DNA of 64,000 nucleotides from Epithemia pelagica (taxonomy: Eukaryota; Protista; Bacillariophyta), in assembly GCA_946965045.2 (NCBI GenBank), contig OX337236.1, positions 3,162,001 to 3,226,000 of the forward strand, given 5' to 3'. Shown here piece by piece: positions 57,436 through 64,000 of the stretch (position 1 is the stretch's first letter; each line of letters opens with the position of its first letter). The notes beneath the pieces were generated by a model. It was not told the origin of the DNA, did no database searches, and saw only the letters and a program-made list of their open reading frames with translations. A program made the translations under genes and the position numbers.

Positions 57436-58134
57436 AGTGCAATAAAACATGTTGCAGAAAACCTCATTCCATGACCGGGTTGCCTGTCGACCGCACTACT
57501 TTTTGAAATTTCCTTGAAACTGAATCGTAGCGCCACATTTTCTATTGCTATGGTGTAGTTTTTGGGTGGCTCTCGAGATTCTCCTTCTCTAGAGAGGGTA
57601 TATGAAGACAAGGATTCCAAACGCAATCTCAACAATAGTTGTGTTGCAGTGGTGACCAGGACCGACAAGCTAGGTAGTGTGAAGTGCGCTTTTTTCTCTC
57701 TCTTGTAGAGAACGAAACCGTCTCGGTGGTCTACTTCCAGAACCTACCATTTCTTTCGACACAAGAAATGGGGGACCGTAAAGACATGCGTGGTGCATCG
57801 ACCGGGGCAAACTACTCCTAACTATTGTAGTAGGGGCCTCCTCTACTGATTCCTCAGGAATACGAATGTATATGGATGACTGTCTGTGTCCAGCATCCAT
57901 TCGGGAGTGGGCAGTGTGCCTGCGTGTGGGCAACAGGAGATTGTGCCTTCCCCTATAAACTCCTACTACGCCTACCTTGGTAGATCGTTCCACAAACCAC
58001 TGGCATTCTCCAATTCTATTAATAGTGACGATAGGCGTTTCAGGAGGAGTGACTACCAATTCGATCCACGTCGTGTGTGGTGTCGATCCAGATCTCGCCC
58101 CGTTCCTGCATTGTCATGTCGGCATTTCGCCTTT

Positions 58135-59857
58135 TTAATCTTCTTCTTCCAAATCGACGGGTTCCACCAAGAGTTGGGAAAAGGATTGCAATTTCTCCAC
58201 GCCCCGTACTTCATAATCCAACAAGGGCATGAGGACGACATGAAAATCGTCCCCGTACAAATCAAAGCATTGTCCAATGTACTTGTCTTGCATCTTTTTG
58301 CGGGCCAACAATTTGGCACACACTTGTTGGGCTTCCTTGGGCAGCGACTCCTTGGCGGAATCAAACCATTCTTGCAATTCTTCGGCATCCTTTTCGGGAA
58401 ACAAGACTTGATTGACCACGATATTGTGCGAATCAATGCCGTATTTGGACAATTCCTGAACCAGTCGTTCCGTCTCGTAAATGGACAAAAATTCGGGAAT
58501 GCAGACACAGACAAAGGTGGTTTTGGCGGGATCTTGAAAGGCTTGATTGACCTTGTTAATGACGGCCCGCGTTTCTTCCAATTTGCCCAACAATTGTTCT
58601 TGCGCATTGGCCGGATTGGCCCCACCAGCCATGAGAGCCGTCGCTTGACTAATCAATCCACCAAACCGATCCTTGAGTTCCCACACCTTGGCAAAGGCCT
58701 TTTCCAAAATGGTGGGAAAACTCAAGAGACGGAGGGTATGTCCCGTCGGGGCCGTATCAAAGACCACGACATCAAAATCCATTTGTTGCACTTGTTTCAT
58801 GAGTTCGGAAAAACTCATGGCTTCGTCAATGCCAGGAATGGAATTTTGCAAATCGGCAAACATTTGCGACAAGACATTGTCGTCGCCGTCACTACCCGCT
58901 TCTTCCAAGGCGGCCGCTTCGGCGGCGGCTTCTTGGGCGGCATCAATTTCCATGGCCGACAAATTGTCAAACCCATTAATCGGGGTCGGTTCACGACCAA
59001 TTTTTTGACAAAAGGCATCCGATAAATTGTGGGCCGGGTCCGTGGACACCAACAAGACCTAATATATGTGATTTGATTTGATTCGATGGATGGATGGAGA
59101 GAGTCATGGAGAGAGTGCGTGAATGGGTATCGATTGGTCGGTCCATGGGAGAGAGAGAGAGATATGCAGGGAGTGTGACGGCCCATTCGGTACGAGTGAA
59201 TCCAAGTGTGTGTGTGTGTGTGTATGTCCATCCATGCAGTATTCATTCATTCATTGCCGCAGTATAGTAGGAGGATTGTGGGTCGTGGATCATAGTCCAA
59301 TGAGTGAGTGTGTGTGTGTGTGTGATTGGGTCATTGTTGAATCGTCAGGACCAAAAATGCCAAGACCAGGGACCGGTTTCGATTGGAATCGTTGGAATGG
59401 TTGGAAGGAATCGACGCCGAGAGAGAGTGCGTGCCCGAAACAAACGACCGCGTGATAAAGTCGACGCCGACAAGAGAGAGAGACACAACCACAAGAGAGA
59501 GAGAGAGAAAAAACCAATGAAAGTATGAGAGAAGGATCTATTCCAAACACCGAAACACGTGCCGTGGAACAAGCCAACGATTCCAGACCCACACTACTGT
59601 ATTCTCACAAGCACCACAAGCCAACTCAAAACCATCCTCGTCCTTCCCCACACTCCTTCTTCCATTCACAACTACTTCGTACGTACCTTTTTGCGTGTCT
59701 TGGCCAATTGGACACCCAAACAACACGAGGTGGTGGTTTTTCCCACACCACCCTTACCACCGACAAAGACCCATTGCAAGGAGGTTTGATCGCAAATATT
59801 TTTCAAGGAGGGTTCCGGCAAATCCACATCGGCGACATCGGTAGTTGTGTCGGTCAT
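58135..59857 (-). CDS. GET3: GET3/ASNA1 tail-anchored protein insertion ATPase; exons 59687-59857 and 58135-59058
   Basis: [76 protein letters not shown]; GT-AG intron 59059-59686 in phase 0. Confidence 0.96.
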
Positions 59858-60456
59858 GATGGTTTATTGATTCGATTGGCTGCCAGACAATAATAATAAT
59901 AATAACGCGACAATCCGAAGCAGTTGGAGAGGAAAACACTACCGGTAGAGTGCTTGGTTGGATTGGCAGAGAGGGGAAGACGACAGCGAGAATGCAACAA
60001 TGCAACAAAGACCAAAGACAGCACACGCCGTTGACGTTTTTTGCGAGAGTGTGGGAGCGCCACAAGGACGCCCGACGGACGCTCGACAGACTCTTCGACG
60101 GACGGACTGACTGACGGACCGGCCATCAGTCGGATCGGCGAATTCGGGACTGATTCGACAGACGGACTGACAGACGAACACGTCAGTTTGAAAAGGCCCA
60201 AGAAATAATCTAGGTAGTAATACGAAATTCTGTTGGGGACAGACACGAATGAGTACCACAACGAATGTTGGGGAATGTTGGGATTGGAATTTGTCGTCAG
60301 TCAACATCACCAACAAACTTTGTTCGCCCTCCTCTTTTTTGGGTCGTCGACTTTTTCTCTGTCCCTCGTCCCGGTGTTGGTGTTGGTGTGTGTTTCTGCT
60401 GCCACCGTATCTCGTCCACAGCAACAAAACCTCCACCAATACAATAGCACACCATC

Positions 60457-62342
60457 ATGGAATCACCACCAATGCTCCTGATGGAGAAGGAACCATCGAC
60501 CGAATTGCAACGATCATCTTCGTCGTCGTCCCTCTATGCGGCACCTCGACGCAGCATTATTTTTGGAGACTTGCTGTCACAACCAGAGTCGGAGAATGGC
60601 ACTACGGGCGAGGCTGGAGCGACGGGTTTGTCGTCGTCGTCGAGTTCTCCTTCTTCCTCTATAAGGGGTAGTCAAACGGTACGTGGGTTGGCGCATTCTT
60701 TGGTGCCATTGCGCATTCCCTTGACGTGTGGTCCGTCTCTCATCCTCCTTCTCGTTTGTTGTGTGTGTGTGTGTGTGGTTCGCTCATGATTCTTTCTCCC
60801 CTATGAATGAATAAATGAATCCATGGCTATTGGAACGTATATGGACAGGCCTATGCACAACCACCACCTCAACGTCGTCGTCGTCGTTCCAAGCAGCAAC
60901 GAACCAAGCAATTTCGCTCCTCCTCATCGTCATCCCAACTGTCGCAACGACGACGAAGTATCTTGCCGCGATTGTATGAAGAAGAAGAAGAAGAAGAAGA
61001 AGAAGAAGAAGAACACGACGACGGCAATGACAATGACGACGAGGACGACGAGAGTGAAGAGGCCAACAACAGTGGTCCAGAGGAGCCATGCGACCGACTG
61101 TCGTCTCCAAGAGAACCACCATCGCAAGACGATAACAACCACAACAACCACAAGAATGACGATACAGCCTCGGTATCCTCCACGGCATCTGTTGCTTCTT
61201 CGGTCAGTACAAGTAGTTGGATTCATTCCCGTCAACGGCGTCGGTTCTTTCCAATGGTCGCATCTCCAGTGACGACGACCACAACCACCACAACGTCTCC
61301 CAGTAACAATCGGATTAGTAGTAAAAGTGTCAGTGCCACCATCACACCCGAGGAGGAGACTCGGCGACCAGCAGCACAACCCTGCAACCACAACCACAAC
61401 AAAGACCAACCGCCCCACCAAGAGGCGGACCACGCACTACAACCACAACAAGACCAACCGGCATATTCGTCGTGGTGGTCCTTGTTCCAGCAGCCGCAGG
61501 ACCCGAATCAGCACAAGGACATTGGTTCCAACAAACCACAGCCACAACCACAACCATCAGAGCAATCCATCATTCACAACAATAAGAAGGATGCGGCGGC
61601 TGCGGTTTTGTCCGCCTTGCTGCCTCTCCCGTTGCATCCTGACAATGACACGCAAGACATGCCCCGCGCATCGCCCGCCTCCACCAGATCCTCCGCATCA
61701 TCGTCCTCCTGGTCGACCGACTCTTGTCCCATTCCACCAAATGATCACAAGAAGGAACAGGGAGTAAACGATCCCGAGAAAGAACAAGATGAAGAGGAAA
61801 AGAAGGAAGATGGTCCATACATCAATGACCATAGGGACTACTCCTCCTCTTTCGTGCCATTGGATCATTCATTGTCCTCATCATCATCATCCGTAGACCA
61901 ACCATCCCATCAGGAGGAGGAGACTGTTGTGGAGGAGGAGAAGGACGAACAACGCCCCTTGTCGACGACATGTCCCAAAAAGGAGGAGGAAGAAGAAGAA
62001 ACGGGCGCCCCAATGGCATCCAATCCTCCTGGTGGAGCAGCAGCAGGAACGCAACCCGAAACCGAACTCGTACCGAACCATGGCACTGGTGGTTCTTTTT
62101 CCAACACGGACATGGCAGGGAAGGACGACGACCACAACAACACCAACAACAAGACCCTAGAATCATCCTCCTCCTCTGTATGGTTGTCCGTTTCATGTTC
62201 CTCTTGGTATACGACGAATGCAGCAGAGATTCAGGATCAGCTCGAGACGGCCACACGTGCCATTGGGTCGGGCCTCGTGGCCGGAACCGTCGTCTGGATG
62301 GTCCTTACGGTCCTGCTGGTTCCAGCCGGCACCACAGGATGA
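60457..62342 (+). CDS. Low-complexity acidic protein with C-terminal hydrophobic anchor; exons 60457-60678 and 60849-62342
   Basis: ACG|GTACGT...GGACAG|GCC joins the ORFs in phase 0; terminal helix IGSGLVAGTVVWMVLTVLLV; start codon uncertain. Confidence 0.55.
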
Positions 62343-62915
62343 CGCGCTAGAACCTAGAACTATCCATTCGCATTTCTCGTTCTATTGGAACTGCAAGTGG
62401 TTTGGTTTCTTGTTGTTGTGTGTGGATCTGGAAGGAGAAGAATGACACGGAAATCCCATTTGATTGAATGAATTTCTATGGATGATCACGGCTGTGGCAC
62501 CCAAAGCATTTGTTACCCATGCGATATATGGTCGAATAGTAGAAGATTTCAGGACCACATGGTCCTCTTATAACTCTTAAAGTCGACGAGCAACTATCCA
62601 ACTCGTTTGTAGTACTACCTACTCCTTACTCTCTACTCTAGCACAGTGCCATTCCTAGCCAGTTCTTGCTGTTGACAGGAATGGAGATTGGTGTTGCCGG
62701 AGAGTGAGTTCGAAAGAAATTCATGTGCGGTCCTATGCGACAAAATGTGAACGCAAACCATGCAACGAGTTGCAATGATTTGAAGGAGCTTTTTATCCAT
62801 TTATTTGATTCGCACCGTAGCTTCGGATTGACATTATTTGCTGCTTTTTTACGAATGGCCAGGATATCGTTTCCGGTTTCATGGCAGTGCAACCTGTTCA
62901 ACATTTCAATGACAA

Positions 62916-64000
62916 TCATGGATCGGTCTTTACTCGCTTACGATTGGATGTCGAGATAGAGCAGGATGTTGCATTCACATCTCGGATACCCATTCCTTCC
63001 CGGAACTGGTACCATCCGTTTGGATGCTGCTCACTGAGTCGACAAAAACACCACGAATTCTTGTCCAGTAGTGGTAATGTCACACAGGAAGGATACCCCC
63101 ATCCACCAATCACGGCAATTTGATCCGCAAGAGTCACCATACTGCAGCCCCATCGTTGTTCTTGCAGTCCAGGGAGATTCCACATGCGGTTGCGGTGCGT
63201 ATCCAAGACTTCCACAGTTGGATTGTCTAGTCCTCCTCCTACAACCAAACAAGAGCCCACGGCAACCACTGTACATGAACTTCGTGCATTGGAAAGCACC
63301 AAATCAGAATGAGTGGTCCAACTGGATGAGAAGGAAATGACTGTAGCAGCCATTTCCTCCTTTGTCTTTTCATGATCACAAGGCATTGCAAAGTCAATGT
63401 ACTCTACCGAGTCAAGATTGCCATGCTCGTTACGACCTCCAACGACAAAGATTCGGTGGCCAATAACCGCACTGCCACAAAATAATCGAGGGACAGTCAT
63501 GCTTGGTCCCGCTGTAACAGCGTGGTTGTGGGTATCAATAATATCCACCGACGACAAACATTGACCATCGTTGTAGCCACCCATTACAACAATGTATCGG
63601 TTGTGAACCGCGACAGCACAACATCCCACTCGTCCCGTTGATAATCGACATGTCAATGTCGTCCAAGGGCTCTCCTGCGTCCTGGTTGTTGTCAAAGATG
63701 ATCGGAGCAAATTCTTTACGTCAATTCGTTGGATAAAATCCATCGAACCTTGATTGTATCCTCCCATTACGTAGACACCCCCGTTGCACACAACAGCGGC
63801 ATGTCTATAACGTCTCTTGTTCATGGGTGGCCCTTCTCGCCACTGCATGTTTGGGTCTGCTAAGTTCAATAGAAGGATGGAATTGACCTTGCCTTGGCCT
63901 TGTTGCCATCCTCCCAAGACGACGACCGTTTGTCGCATGTTGTTGTTCTTGTTATTGTCGTCTTCATCGGGGTGATCAAGTACGACCGTAGCATGTTCGT
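62916..64000 (-). CDS. Kelch-repeat protein, copy 6; 5' end beyond the window
   Basis: Same Kelch motifs; the frame is open to the window edge; 3' flank 62420-62690 is homologous to 31600-31815. Confidence 0.88.
   Translation of the reverse strand, partial: EHATVVLDHPDEDDNNKNNNMRQTVVVLGGWQQGQGKVNSILLLNLADPNMQWREGPPMNKRRYRHAAVVCNGGVYVMGGYNQGSMDFIQRIDVKNLLRSSLTTTRTQESPWTTLTCRLSTGRVGCCAVAVHNRYIVVMGGYNDGQCLSSVDIIDTHNHAVTAGPSMTVPRLFCGSAVIGHRIFVVGGRNEHGNLDSVEYIDFAMPCDHEKTKEEMAATVISFSSSWTTHSDLVLSNARSSCTVVAVGSCLVVGGGLDNPTVEVLDTHRNRMWNLPGLQEQRWGCSMVTLADQIAVIGGWGYPSCVTLPLLDKNSWCFCRLSEQHPNGWYQFREGMGIRDVNATSCSISTSNRKRVKTDP

Noticed and set aside
57886-59025. 379-aa + strand ORF
   Set aside because: Antisense shadow of the highly conserved GET3 exon; no motifs of its own.
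1-64000. rRNA, tRNA, telomeric repeats, LTR/LINE reverse transcriptase
   Set aside because: No recognisable signatures by eye; tRNAscan-SE or Infernal would be needed to exclude small RNAs formally.

Overview
Eukaryotic nuclear DNA with short GT-AG introns and many Q/T/S/N low-complexity tracts; the style is most consistent with a pennate diatom, which is inference. Ordinary genes: a secreted BBE-like FAD oxidoreductase, a MATE transporter, a CTD small phosphatase, XRN1, a very large PX-domain protein and GET3. Interspersed are six paralogous Kelch-repeat genes, three of them head-to-head with a P-loop ATPase; every ATPase copy is broken, each in a different way. The centrepiece is a 15.4-kb nest of five DNA transposons (40440-55858) inside the divergent promoter of one Kelch/ATPase pair, with every junction resolved by TIRs and TSDs. 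A MULE-like shell (10-bp TSD) holds a Tourist-like MITE (TCA TSD) and a four-gene PIF/Harbinger-type element (CTG TSD). A 7-kb hAT (8-bp TSD) inserted 4 bp inside the Harbinger left end, and a second Harbinger-type MITE (CTG TSD) inserted in the last 3 bp of the hAT. The hAT carries an Endonuclease III/Nth-like HhH-GPD DNA glycosylase as cargo, with catalytic Lys and Asp intact, probably fused to a novel N-terminal region across an A10 run. That cargo is the best candidate for an undescribed system. No rRNA, tRNA or CRISPR was seen. All alignments were done by eye; no searches were run. Several single-base lesions may be assembly errors.
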